This document shows, in pieces, positions 25,616 through 38,300 of a DNA stretch of 64,000 bases. This DNA comes from Octopus sinensis. Its lineage: Eukaryota. A program made the position numbers and the translations under genes. The stretch's first letter is position 1, and the number at the start of each line of letters is the position of its first letter. The stretch lies in NCBI RefSeq assembly GCF_006345805.1, contig NC_043020.1, positions 30,690,001-30,754,000 on the forward strand, in the 5' to 3' direction. Under the pieces are notes generated by a model. It was not told the origin of the DNA. It worked only from the letters and a program-made list of their open reading frames with translations, and searched no databases.

Positions 25616-26867
25616 GTATATACATATAAAGCACTCAGTTCACTCTGCTGGGTGGTTGGTGTTAGGATGGGCATCTAGTCATAAAAACCATACCAAATCA
25701 AACACAGAAGTCTGATGCAGTCTTCTGCCTGGTCGGCTCCTCTCAAACTGTCCAACCCATGCCTGCATGGAAGCTGGACATTAAACAATTATGATGGATG
25801 GATGTATGAATATATATATATATCATTATCATCATCATCATCATTTAACACCCAGTTTTCCATACTGGCATGAGATATATGTATATATATAAATATGATG
25901 TAATAATGAAGTCCAACCACATAGAGATATTTTGAAATCATTTAATACATACTTTAAGATCGGTGGAGTATAAAACAGGAAGCTCTTATGTGACGGATGC
26001 ATTTCCTATTCTATATTACATAGACCTGAAATGTACATATTTAATGATATCCAAATATCATTATTTGGTTTGACTTATAACTTGATGCCAGTATAAACTG
26101 GACAGTCCAGGCTCCACTTATGTGAATACTCGAACAACAATTTGGAGGTGTTTGTTATATTTGACTTGAACCGAAAATTCTGGTACCATGCACTGCTTCT
26201 TAGCATAATGCATAATATATACATATAAAGCTATAACAGAAGAATTAAGACTCACTGTCCATGGGAGTTTCTATATGCTGGTGGCTGAGTTAATCAGCTT
26301 ATAGGAGTTCTAGTCAGCTGGATGTGCAATGTAAGTGAGCATAAAAGACACAGTACTGATAAGCTGAGAGATGAACTCAGTGTAAGAGAAATCATTTGTA
26401 GCATGCGAGCATGAAGACTACATTGATAGGGACATGTGATGTGTAACAAAATGCCAGGGTATGTGGTTAGGGTAAGAAGCTCTGGAAGAGGATGGCTGAG
26501 AATGAGATGAGTAGAAGTGGTGGCAAAAGCTGATCTAAGATGTTGAACCTCACAAAAGAGATGATAAAAGAATGCAGCAAGTAGCAAGACACTATGTGGG
26601 AAAGAACCGATGCAAGCCTGAAAAAGCAGACATGAAAATGATAATGATAATACATGCATGTATCTATAATGTGTGGGTATGTATAGATAAGTATATATGT
26701 ATCTGTGTGTGTGTGCACATGTACACACATGCACATATACATATATACTGATTTACTGACTGCTTTCATTGAATTCTTCATTCTAAGTGGCATGACGGTG
26801 TTCCCATGAACTTATCACACTTAAGAATAAGTGTGTGGGTATATATATGCTTGGGTATATTTCATGC

Positions 26868-26925
<58 letters not shown>

Positions 26926-27578
26926 GACAATACATATTTACATATACACACATGCATATAACTAGTTCAGCTAAACAACAGCTGTTATGTGTATCAAACA
27001 AGAATCAATATTGGAACCTTTATCTGACTTTGTGTTCTTTTGACAAATGTTAAATATCTCTGTCATGAAATTGACAATCAATAGACTCCATTGCTGAAGC
27101 CCTGTTGATAAGCCTGTTCTTTTCTTTCAAATTGGTGCTTATAAGCATCAAGTGGCAACCTGACCCAGAATGCACACCAAATGATCTGGTCATAGTATTA
27201 AACTTAGCAATGGATTAGGTTTACCACACAAAATATTTTGTCCTTGTTATTGTGGGAGATGAGGAGGAAGATTGGGTTTTTCTATACTGAGAGATGAGAG
27301 CAGTTGTGACTAATCTATGATGTAATGAGCACTAACGAATTGAGGAACCAAAATCAAGGAGTATGAGATAGTGCAGCCTAGCTTTTTATAGAATATTGAG
27401 CTGAGTAAATTGTTGGTGAATTCCAACAGTTGTAAAGATTGAAACAAAGTTGCTTGTGAGCCTGCTATTATTGATTAGACAATGTTGTTACTGTTTAACC
27501 TTAGACCAATGGGGTTGGGTTCATTAATTTTGTGGTTGTTTATATAAATAACAATGTAATCACATTTGTATTTCTTAG

Positions 27579-27780
27579 CTGCACCTGGATAGTACTACCC
27601 ATGTGGAGGAACCAACACCACCAAAAGAAGTAGATTTCTTTGAGGAAGTTTCTGACAATATTTTGCTGTGCAACAACAGCACAAATGGTATTACAGACAG
27701 CTCTAAAGTCTTTTCAGAAACACTCACCCATAACAACAACAATGTCAAACTCTCAGCAACAAAACTTTATACAGACACTA
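27579..27780 (+). CDS. ARFGAP2/3: ArfGAP2/3 exon C (202 nt, phase 0-1)
   Basis: tttcttag| LHLDSTTHVEEPTPPKEVDFFEEVSD...LYTDT |gtaagt; family-like LxLD and DFF motifs. Confidence 0.9.
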
Positions 27781-28203
27781 GTAAGTTTCATTTTTTACTC
27801 ATAAGTTAATCCATATTTTTTTGGTTTATTTTTCCTTTTACTTTTTTTTTGTTCTAAATGAAGCAGAGTACCCCTGGCCCTCCTAGATAGGTAAGATTAG
27901 TACCATTAATGTTCCCAAGGCAGCATGTGGCAGTACTGTTCGCACACCAGGCGAAATGCTTAGCAGTATTTTGTTCATCTTTACATTCTGAGTTCAAATT
28001 CCACCAAGGTCATCCTTTCAGGGTTAATAAAATAAGTAACTGTTGAGCACTGGGATCAATGTAATTGGCTTAACGACTCTTGGGTAATGAGTATAAAAAC
28101 TGCATCCTTCTGTCAAGCTAGTGTGCCAGAGTATGATGATCTCAAGCCATTCTCTGGTGGAGAGAGCATGCTGAGGCATTTGTCCTGCACTGGACTGAAT
28201 ATG

Positions 28204-28443
28204 TATTTCTTTACTACCCACAAGGGGCTAAACATAGAGGGGACAAACAAGGACAGACAAAGGGATTAAGTCGATTACATCGACCCCAGTGCGTAACTGG
28301 TACTTAATTTATCGACCCTGAAAGGATGAAAGGCAAAGTCGACCTCGGCGGAATTTGAACTCGGAACGTAACGACAGACGAAATACTGCTACGAATTTCG
28401 CCCGGCGTGCTAACGTTTCTACCAGATCACCGCCCTATCTGGA
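28204..28443 (-). mobile_element. Young full-length SINE of a second family, with a perfect 19-bp target-site duplication
   Basis: TSD CTGCACTGGACTGAATATG at 28185-28203 and 28444-28462; CpGs retained; tRNA-like head plus core gactttgcctttcatcctttc..gtcgataaattaagtacca. Confidence 0.93.
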
Positions 28444-30931
28444 CTGCACTGGACTGAATATGGTCAATCCAATGATCCAAGTCGGCACCTGTGGAGAAAG
28501 ACATGAGCAATGATGGAATTTCAGGGCACTAAAATCTTTACTATGTCTTCTGCCTCACCCCAACCTCCCAAAAATCCCACATTAAACGTTTACTGACCTT
28601 CCACCCCTCCCCAATCCTTTATCTTACACTTCAGTCCTCTGAACTCTGCCCCCCCCCCACTTTTCCTACAGAAATTTAAAACTGAACATCTATCCATCCA
28701 CTCATCCGTCCTTCTTCTCTGTCCCCTAATTCCTGGGAGAGTCAGGTCCCTCCTCTGTAGGCTCTGATTGGAACAACTGTCATTACACTTTCCTGCTGGA
28801 TTCCCAAGCATGACCAATTGAGATGATGGAGATGATTCAACCCTCACACTCTTGGTCTTCCCCTGCATCTCCTCTCATCTGTCTTGAGGTTTTTTCCTAC
28901 AACTTTCTAATTACATATCTCTAGTACTGGACCCCTGTGATATCTCAATGCGTAAAAGTAGCATCTCAACCTGAAGGGATTCCCTAACATGGCTGGCCAT
29001 TTGAATATTCTGAAAAGCTTCTGCTTAAAGACACTAGTCGAAGGTGTTGCTGTACATTGGGTTTAAACTGGAGACCTTATGGCTGTGGAAACAAGCTGCT
29101 TAACCATTCAGCCACACATGCACGTACACTCTTACTTTCACGTTCATGCTCACACTTCACACTCACCCATACTCATTCACACACTCCAAAATAGCTGAAA
29201 CTGCTTCTAGTGTCAAATGTATTTCTGTTACCAATAACCTGCAGCATGCCTTAGTTGGTGAGAATGGAACTAAATTTACCATTATAAATCACCAACATTT
29301 CTTTATTCTTGGCAGGCTGACTGGATTCAAACCTAATGAAACACTTTAGTGTCAGTGGACAGAGCATGGCCAAATGGTTTAAGTAGTTTGCTGTGCATAT
29401 TTACAAGGTTGTAGGTTTGATCTCACTAACTGGCATTTTACGTCAACCCAAGCTTTGTGAGTGAAATTAGACAGAAACTGTGTGGAAGCCTTTCAAATGG
29501 ATTGTATGCACCTGTAATTCAAAGGTCCAGCCTTGCCAAACTGGATTACATTAAGAATTCAAGTGTTCTTGGAATACTCAGCCATTTACATGGTAATTTC
29601 ATGAGGAGATCAATCAATCAAACAACTGAATATTCAGAGATCTGCTTCTTTGTATGGCAGCTGCATTCAGCATTGCTCCATAAGCTGGTACCAAAATATA
29701 TGCCTCAGAACCTCCCAAAACTAGACACCAGTATCTACGTTTTATCTAAGCTTAATAAGATTATCCATGAAAAAAAAAACCAAATAATATTAATGTAAAT
29801 AATCTCCACAAACCATGAATCCACAAACCCTTTCCACTTTACTAGAATGAAGAACAACTCAGAATAATGAGCCTGAAATGTAAAAAAAATTGACAAAAAG
29901 CATAACAAATTTGTATCCCCATCATCAGCTGCCAAACGGACATCACTATGGTTTTGATCCCTGGGCAGTGCTATTCAATCCATTGGTGTCAAGTGTTAAA
30001 AACATTAACGCTGCTTGGGAATTGATAGTAATCAGCAGGAACAAAACATTAGGGCATATTGTGTTAGATATTTTTGTGTAGATAGATAATATCAAACACA
30101 CCGAATGTCACCACTAAATAAAGCTTTCTATGAGCGAGTGAGGAATTTTCTGTGCAATTACTTTGCCTGTTAGAAATAGCAGCTAAATCTTCCTCAAATC
30201 ACACCAAGCATTTTGAAAATGAAAGAACATAATGGATTAATGTACTAATGTATATCTCCTCCTTGTGTTGTGGACTTGTGTACCTCAATGACTGTGAAAG
30301 CCACGCCAGCAGAGCAAAATCTCCTTATAGAACCTCTCGTGCTAGACAGGTCAAAAAATAGAAGCCAGACTAATATGGACGGTCTCTTCTCTGAGGTAAA
30401 AATGAATTTGCTTAGGGCTAACGCTCCCACCTAAAAAGAAGCAATTCAAAACCCAACAAGCTGTGGTAGATAAGAGCCCGGGGTTGGGAATGGCAGAGAA
30501 AAGTTATCAATGGCCTGTGCTTCATCAGGGGCGAAAAGCTTAAGTAGCTGATGTATATTTTGGTAAACATACTGTGGTCAAAAGAAAACAAAAAAAAAAG
30601 ATGAATACTGGATTGCCACAGTTGGAACACATTTGATCATAGCTTAAAAGTCTGCTTGATCACCTAAGGGTGGGTGAAGATTAATTAACTAAGCCAAAAG
30701 AATCCCACCATGAGCCAACAAAGAAACCTGTATGCTGTTCCTCAACTTTCAAACTCTTTTCAAAGACATTGAATTAGATAAGGTAGTTCTGCAAAAGCTG
30801 GGATGATCACAACTGCAACAGCTTTAATCATGGATTTGCTTCATTCGGGTTGACTAAGAGATAAACTTATTGTATATAAATAACTAAAATATTATCTAAT
30901 CAGAGGATGTTTGATTTGTATTTATTTTTAG

Positions 30932-31041
30932 ATGTTGCTGAAGGTCCAAATGTGGATGTTGCCTTAAGTTTATCATCAAACCAAACAGAACCCAGAAAAT
31001 CTGTGTTAACCTCGAAAAAAACTAGTACTTCCAAGAAAGGC
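30932..31041 (+). CDS. ARFGAP2/3: ArfGAP2/3 exon D (110 nt, phase 1-0)
   Basis: ttttag| (N)VAEGPNVDVALSLSSNQTEPRKSVLTSKKTSTSKKG |gtatgt. Confidence 0.9.
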
Positions 31042-31204
31042 GTATGTCTTTATTTCATTTTCAACTTAATTAATTTCAGTTGTTGCTTGAAATCTTTATT
31101 TTGTAATTAGAAATTATTCTTTTTATCTCCGGTTTTGTTGTAACTCCTGGAGTCTTGCATGCATAGTGGGCTTGCTACCTGCAGCCTACGGTACCATGCT
31201 ATCT

Positions 31205-31372
31205 GTTCTTTTTAACTAGCTAATACTTTCCTGATTATTCTGGCTGAGCCATGGAGGTAAACCTTTTGTAACAGTTCTACTGGACACTCTCTTCCAATTT
31301 CCTTTGTATCCTTCTTGGTGCCTTTTGATACTATCCCCAAGAACCCAATAATAACTAGCACTATCTCCACCT
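31205..31372 (-). mobile_element. Second Dong/R4-like C-terminal fragment
   Basis: KVEIVLVIIGFLGIVSKG..ECPVELLQKVYLHGSARIIRKVL. Confidence 0.7.
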
Positions 31373-31909
31373 TAGTAGTAGTGGTAGTAGTATTAAGGCA
31401 GCAAGCTGGCAGAATTGTTAGCACATTGAATTAAATACTTGGCAGAATTTGAACTTAGAACAACGTAAAGATTGACAAAATACCACTAAGATAGGTGTTT
31501 GTCTTTCATTTTCCAGGATTGATACAGTAAGTACCAGTCATGTACTGGGTCAATGTAATCGACTTCCTGCTCCCTTCAAAAACTGTGCCAAAGTTTGAAA
31601 CCGTTATTATTATTGTTGTTGTTGTTGAGGCGGCAAGCTGGCAGACCCATCAGCACACTAGACAAAATGCTTAGTGGCATTTCCTCTATCTTTTTGAACT
31701 GAGTTCAAATTTTGCCAAGGTTGATTTTGCCCTTCATCTTTTCAAGGTTGATGAAATAAATCTCAGTCGAGAACTGGAGGGTCAATATAATTGATTGGCC
31801 CCTACCCGATAAACTTTAGGCCCTGTGCCTATAGTAGAATTATTATTGTTATTATTAAGGCAGTTAAGAATTGTTAACGTGTTTGACAAAATGCTTTGAC
31901 AGTGTGTAT

Positions 31910-31928
31910 ACACACACACACACACACA

Positions 31929-31990
<62 letters not shown>
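31910..31990. repeat. (CA)n microsatellite, representative
   Basis: Others: (CA)n ~318-360, 40665-40697, 52746-52790; (TA)n 3403-3450, 11155-11210, 26870-26921, 33655-33690, 56720-56768; (GT)n 11321-11367; (TTA)n ~47150-47187. Confidence 0.95.
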
Positions 31991-31993
<3 letters not shown>

Positions 31994-32378
31994 ATGAACT
32001 TCCACCCATTGATCCACCTGTCAGTTTCACTCTCAGAGCCCTACACAATAAGGCCAAACCTGAAAATGTGGGACTACTGTTCAGCCACACAACCCAGCCT
32101 GAATTCCTTCTTTTTTTTTTTACTTCTTCTTTTGTAAGCTTTTGTCATGATGGTTGCAGATCCTTGTGGTTGTATTCAGTTTAGAAATCTGTATGTCAAT
32201 GCCCAGAGGAAATATTTTTTGCTGAGGGGGAATTCCAGAAAGTTAGCACACCTCTAGCTTCAGGGTGTTGTCTCTTTTTTTCCCAACAATAGTCCCAGAA
32301 ATTTAATTAATGGTTTATTAAAATGAATTACCTTAACTAATTTATCTCAATTGAATGTAAATATCTCTTTTGTTGTAG

Positions 32379-32524
32379 AAAGGTGGCCTTGGAGCACAAA
32401 GAGTGAAGGCAAATTTTACAGAGATCGAATCTCGTGCACAGCGTAAGGATAAAGAGAAAGAAGACCTGGAGGCTTTGAGGAATATGGAACAAGTGAGGAA
32501 TAAAGCTGAAGAAGAAAGGCAAAT
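32379..32524 (+). CDS. ARFGAP2/3: ArfGAP2/3 exon E (146 nt, phase 0-2)
   Basis: ttgtag| KGGLGAQRVKANFTEIESRAQRKDKEKEDLEALRNMEQVRNKAEEERQ |gtaagg; conserved GLGAQ(K/R)V...F.EIE. Confidence 0.94.
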
Positions 32525-33653
32525 GTAAGGCTCAGTTAATAGATATTCTTCTCTTCTTTGAGTAAACAAGATTTGAAGACTCCTTGTGTTTTCTCTTGTT
32601 AGCTCTTGCATGAAGAGTAATGAGCTGAAATACTTGGACACCTGCTCTTAATGCTTTTGATACCAACCCGTCTGTGACCACCCCCATTGGTTCTATAATA
32701 CAAAAATTAACCTTCCATCAAAATTTCATGTTAGTTTGTGGTCCAAACACCAGGTTGTTTTGCTTTTGTTTTGTTTTTTGATAAATTCTTTACTAGTTTA
32801 GAATTAACTGAAGCAAAGGCAGTGTATTTCAACTGAAATATGGTAACAAGAGGGTTCATGGTTTCTCAAACCTATTGCCATATTTACCAAGCCCTGAAGG
32901 GTTTTTTTTTTTTTTATTAGTGACAGGATTTTTGCAGATGTACCCAGATTGGGGAAAAAGTGATGAAGTTGATATTTATAAGGTGGCAAAGTGTGGACTG
33001 GAAGGGAGTTTTTCAGTGGATTATTATTGTGGAGTATGACTGGTGGATAAAATGTTAGGAAAGTGGTTGTTGAGAAGAGAGATAGTAAAAGTGATGGGAG
33101 GAGGAGAGTCTAGTAGGGGAGGGTTTGAAATGCCACTACTTTTGGTGACATAGGTCAAAGTGGTGGCGGTAGGAGTGATACTTCTGATTTAGTGAGCCAA
33201 GAAATGTCTGTTGAATCTTATCCTCCTCTACAGTACAGTATCACATGAGACTGCATCAGTCAATCAATCCAGAAACATGGTATTACACAAATCATACTAA
33301 CCTCCTCTACATTAATTTAAACCCTTTAGCTTTTGGTTACTCTGTCAAATAGAGCACAAATGGAGCACCTGATTTGGTTTCATTGGGAGTCTCCAGTGAA
33401 GAGTCTTATCATATATTCAGGTGTCTGAGTGACTGGCAAAAGAGAGAGAGAGATAGTATATAGGATTTTGTGAATGAGCATTGAGCAATATGATGCTTTA
33501 AAAGAATAATTAGGGGAGTGATAGTGATATAATGTGAGGTCCAACTGTTGATTTTGGACTTAGAGATCACCTTACGACCAGAAGTCCTACAATTGCTGTT
33601 GAGTAAAGATCAGATATCAACTTTCATACCTTTCAGAGTTTTTTGCCATATTG

Positions 33654-33696
<43 letters not shown>

Positions 33697-33765
33697 TATC
33701 AATGTGTGTCAGTAAACTATTTTTACTTGCTAAATAATACTGTTGTCTTGTTCTCTCCAATTCAG

Positions 33766-33894
33766 TGCCTCGATGAAATTAGCATATCAAGATATGAAAT
33801 TAGAAAGGAAGAAAGAAGAGGAAAAATTAAAATCTTCTGACCCCCAAAAAGCAGCTCAACTGGAACGGCTTGGGATGGGTTTTTCCGGTAGTCG
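33766..33894 (+). CDS. ARFGAP2/3: ArfGAP2/3 exon F (129 nt, phase 2-2)
   Basis: ttcag| (I)ASMKLAYQDMKLERKKEEEKLKSSDPQKAAQLERLGMGFSGS |gtgagt. Confidence 0.95.
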
Positions 33895-34581
33895 GTGAGT
33901 GCTATTCTGTGTGTGTATTTGTCTATCTTTTGGTATAAATTTCTTTAATGAATTCAAAGTGCTTCTTAGAGTGTCAAGCAGGTACAAGAATGACTGTGTG
34001 GTTAAGAAGTTTATTTCAGAACCGTGTGGTTTTGGGTTCAGTTCCATCATGCAGCATCTTAGGCAAGTGTCTCCTACTCTGGCCCCAAGCCAATCAAACC
34101 CTTGTGAGTGGATTTGGTAAACAGAAATTGAAAGAAGCCTCTGTGTTTTTGTGTTTACCCTTGTCTTGGCATCCCAAGGTGGTTTTAAATGAGTGTTACC
34201 ATCATACACATAATGTTGTTTGTTTCCAGTCTTCCATGTAAAAATATGTTTGGCCGTGGGGGAAATATCACCTTGCTTGGAAACAGGTGAGGATTGATGA
34301 CACAAAGAGCATTTAACCGTAGAAAATTTGCTTCAAAACATTGTCTGACCCATGCAAGCATGAAAATGTGGACATTAAATGACGATGATGATAGTGATCA
34401 CCTTATTACAGACTTTTATTTACTTCATCACCTCACCATTTTCAAAGAACTTTCTTATTACAGTTTGCTGCATGATTGCGGGGATTTAATTTTTTTTTTA
34501 CTTTTATTTCAATAACAGTAATTTTTGTTTTCTTTTTTCAACTGATTTTTCATTTTTTTTTTTATATATTTGTTTTTACAG

Positions 34582-34749
34582 AGGGGTCAGTCACTCCATT
34601 CTCTCAGACATGACCGTCATCGACCAAGAGACACCAAGTGGCCGGACATCAAATTCCTCTAATTTGGATAGATTTGAAAGCAGCCAGAGTGGTCGCGACT
34701 TTTTTGAGGATGAATTTGACAAGTTAGGAGGCTTTTCTTTAAGCTCTAA
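34582..34749 (+). CDS. ARFGAP2/3: ArfGAP2/3 exon G (168 nt, phase 2-2)
   Basis: tttacag| (R)GVSHSILSDMTVIDQETPSG...RDFFEDEFDKLGGFSLSS |gtaatt. Confidence 0.93.
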
Positions 34750-35003
34750 GTAATTTCCATTCTTTTGCTATATATTTCTATATTTTTTACACTTTTTTAT
34801 AAATGTTTAGACTAAGCTATTTTATTGTGTTCTGTGCAACTAGTCCAACTTCAAACCCCACTTCTTTTTTTCTGTTTTTTTTTTTAAATTATTAATAAAT
34901 TTTAGAATAATTACTCTATACCATTTACGGTTTTTAAAGTTCAACTATTGGAAGGCGGGGATCAAATTAATTGTTGATTTGTGATTTGATTGTAAGCCTC
35001 TAA

Positions 35004-35214
35004 CACTTAAACCAGCCTTATCCATTCCAAACATTCTACTTATTTTATGTTGAAATTGGCCAGATCTGGCGTCTTGCAGATCTGACCCAACAATGTCATT
35101 CCAAAATAATCACGGCATCAAAATCTCAAAGCCATGAGATAATCCCATGATTAATTCAAAACAATGTGAATAAATAAGCATTACATTCGACAGAGTGATC
35201 TGAATGCTGAAGGG
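35004..35214. mobile_element. piggyBac-like MITE (degenerate TTAA flanks)
   Basis: Same family as 62874-63513 (gattaattcaaa.ca.tgtgaataaat..gcat...tctgaa.gct.aaggg|gtaa). Confidence 0.6.
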
Positions 35215-35356
35215 GTAAATGCAATGTGGTGGTGGTGGTGGGGGGGAGGGTCAGTTGATAACTTGGTCATATAGGGAGCATTAAGTTCTAATATATAAAC
35301 TTTAAAAGAATTTAGGTCCCCAAGTGGGCCTTATATTATTGAGGAGTTTGTAGTTG

Positions 35357-38300
35357 TGTGGCAATTTTCAATTTCACTAATACAGGAGGCTGAAAAGATT
35401 GGCCGTAAATGGGCTTTACTCTTCTAAGTGCGAGAGTACAGTATCGGTCAGTAATAGCTTTAGCCATGAACCTGGCTGGTCAGCAGACAACCATGTTTGA
35501 ATATCATTTCTAAGCCTTGTTTCCAACTGGCTGTAGTAATATTAACAGTAGTAAATATAACCTGTATAGTTATAGTAATAATATTAGTACTTGTTACCTT
35601 TGCTGAAGAATCTGAGCACTACCAGGTGAATTCATAAAGTTCTTCACCACCAAAATATAACCTGGGGCATTACAATATTCTGGATAATTTACGTCTTTTG
35701 ACTTTGCAAATTGTATTGATGTAGAATGCTGTTGACCAGCCTCTCAGTTTCTCAGGTTTTATGAGAGTAAATGGCTTTTGATTGCTCAGGATTATCAAGC
35801 TTTGAGCTGTTAGCTTCTTCTTCTTCTTCTGGATTGATATTACTGGTTCTGGTTTCAACTCCTGGTGTTTCTGCTTCAAGATCATTCACAGGTTCCTGGC
35901 TGCATGATGAGATATCAAACCCAGTCGGTCTATCAGAAAATTGAGTGAAACTGAACAGCCTCGCATGAGGCATGGTGTTAGGGGCTGTACCAAGGAAGGA
36001 GCGAATCGGGTGCAGAGCATCAAGGAATACGTGCTTTTAGTGACTTGCACTCAATTCCTTGGACTTCGGTGCCAAAGTAATGGTTTTCCTTTAGGTTGAG
36101 TTGAGCCTTTCAACATGACCATTCCCTGCTGGATTGTATGCGGTCGTCCAGCTGGTTGCTATGCCTTTATCATGGAGGAATTATCTCAGTTCAGCTTACA
36201 TGAAGGCAGCACCACAATTAGAATGAATGAAAGAAGGGAGTCCAAAATCGAAAATAGTTGGCGGAGATAACAAATGACAATAGCAGCTGATATATCTGAA
36301 CATGCAAACGCAAACAGAAAGCAAGAAATTTTTTCAATAATTGTGAGTAGATTTGTTGTGATTAGTGGATGGGAGTGGATCCCTTGAAGTCTACATTTAA
36401 TCTCTCAAACAGCTGAGTTGCCATCACAAGTTTGGCTGTTGTTGGCACAGAAAATCTAGGCTTCAGTTCAGTGCATGCAGGACATTGAAATGTTATAGAT
36501 TTTAGATCAGGAGTGGAAAATGGTTGATTCTTTGACCACATGAAATGGAGCGATCACATCATGCCTGGATGGCACAAGGAAACGTGGAGCTGTGTAAGGT
36601 CCACAGGGGTAGAAGATGCAGCCTTGTTCTCCTTACCCAGCCAATAAATGACATCATATTTGAAACAATACAGCTCAATCCTCCAACAACAAAGACAAAG
36701 TCAAGAACGGCAAGGTCTTCTGATGAAAGTCAGGGACTGAAGATGAGCTCCAATCAGGTAGGGTTTCCATTTATGAAGCGCTGCTTCAATGATGGCATAA
36801 GCTTCCTTCTCAACTGAGGACTGGTTCTGTTCACTGCAAGTAAGTGTTCTAGAGAAAAAGGCTACAGGTCTTCCATTCTGGTTCAAGGCTGCAGCAATAA
36901 CAATATCAGAAGCATCTGTTTCCACAATCAAAGGTATTTGGTGGTTGACAGTGACCAAAGTAGCGCCTTCAATCTCTGACTTGAAGTTTTGGAATGACTG
37001 TTCAACAACATCAAGGTGTGGGGAAAATCTTTTTATGTGTCAAGGGTGCGATTTCCTCAGAGATCCAGTGAGAATAATAAGCAAATTTCTATGTTTCTTT
37101 CTTGTGCTTTGGCATCTTGAGATGGGAGCTTGCATAAGCAGTGGAATCATTCTGGATCAGGTCTGATTACCCCTTTGGACACTTTGTAACCCAGGAGCAT
37201 GATAGTCCTGGCAGCAACGACTGTTTTCTTATCATTGAAGATTCGTACAGCCTGTTGGAATCTTTCACAATTCTCATCATGTTTTCTTCTGTTGCGCCTG
37301 CGTATTGTGACACTGTCAACGTAGGTTAAGGTATCCTCTAGTTTTGTTTGCTTGATAAGATTATCAATGATATGTTGAAAAGAAGCTATACTATTTGTGA
37401 CTCCAAACAATATACAATGGAATTGATACAGATTCCCACATACTTCGAATCCTGTAAATTTTTTCTCCTCTTTGCATATAGAGATCTGACGATAAGCATT
37501 CTTAAGATTGAAAGGGTGAATATTTTGTAGCGAGATATTTTCTCAGCCAGTTCATTGATGCATGGTGCAGGGTAGGCATCGAGTTGTGCATATTGATTGA
37601 TTGTCTGGTTATAATCAATTACCATTCATCTTTTGTGAGATTCATCACTGGCAACTAAAACTTGCACCCTCCCTGGAGAATGGGATGGTTCAACGAATTG
37701 TTCTGACAAAAGACAGCTGACTTCACTTTTGACAAATTTCTGATCCGGCAATGACAGGTGCCTGGACTTAGTAGCAATAGGTTTGCAATGTGGTGAAAGC
37801 GACCTGAATTGTGTAGGAGTGTCAACATGTCACAAAGTGAAAATGGAGGTCTGAGACCTCCAAAGGCTGTGTTTACTTGTTCATACTGTTTCAAAACATC
37901 ATGCCCAATTAAGACATGTGAGCAAAGCCCAGGTAAAAATGAAAGCTTCACACCGAGGTAATCATTGTCATGAAAGACCAATTTAGCAAAACAGTGACCT
38001 TATGTAACGCTTGACCAGGTAGTAGAGGCCATTGAAATCAGTGTTTGATGGATACACCAACCATGTGAGTGTACCTTATGAGATCATACATAACTATCAG
38101 AGCTTCCAGTATCAACCAGAGGGTTGAGTTTCACACCATTTATGTACACTTTAAAAACAGCAGAAGATAATGTTGCAGGAAAAGCTGCAGAGAATATGGC
38201 AAACAATGTGGGATTTGAGTATGTAACAAAGTATTTGGTCCTGCATACCCTCTGGAAGTGACCGACTTTGTTGCAGGCTTTACATGTCGCTTCCCAGGCT

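Noticed and set aside
31782-32137. ORFs with poly-CV, HT or YI runs (also 223, 11044, 11255, 33643, 40567, 52584)
   Set aside because: They are translations of dinucleotide microsatellites.
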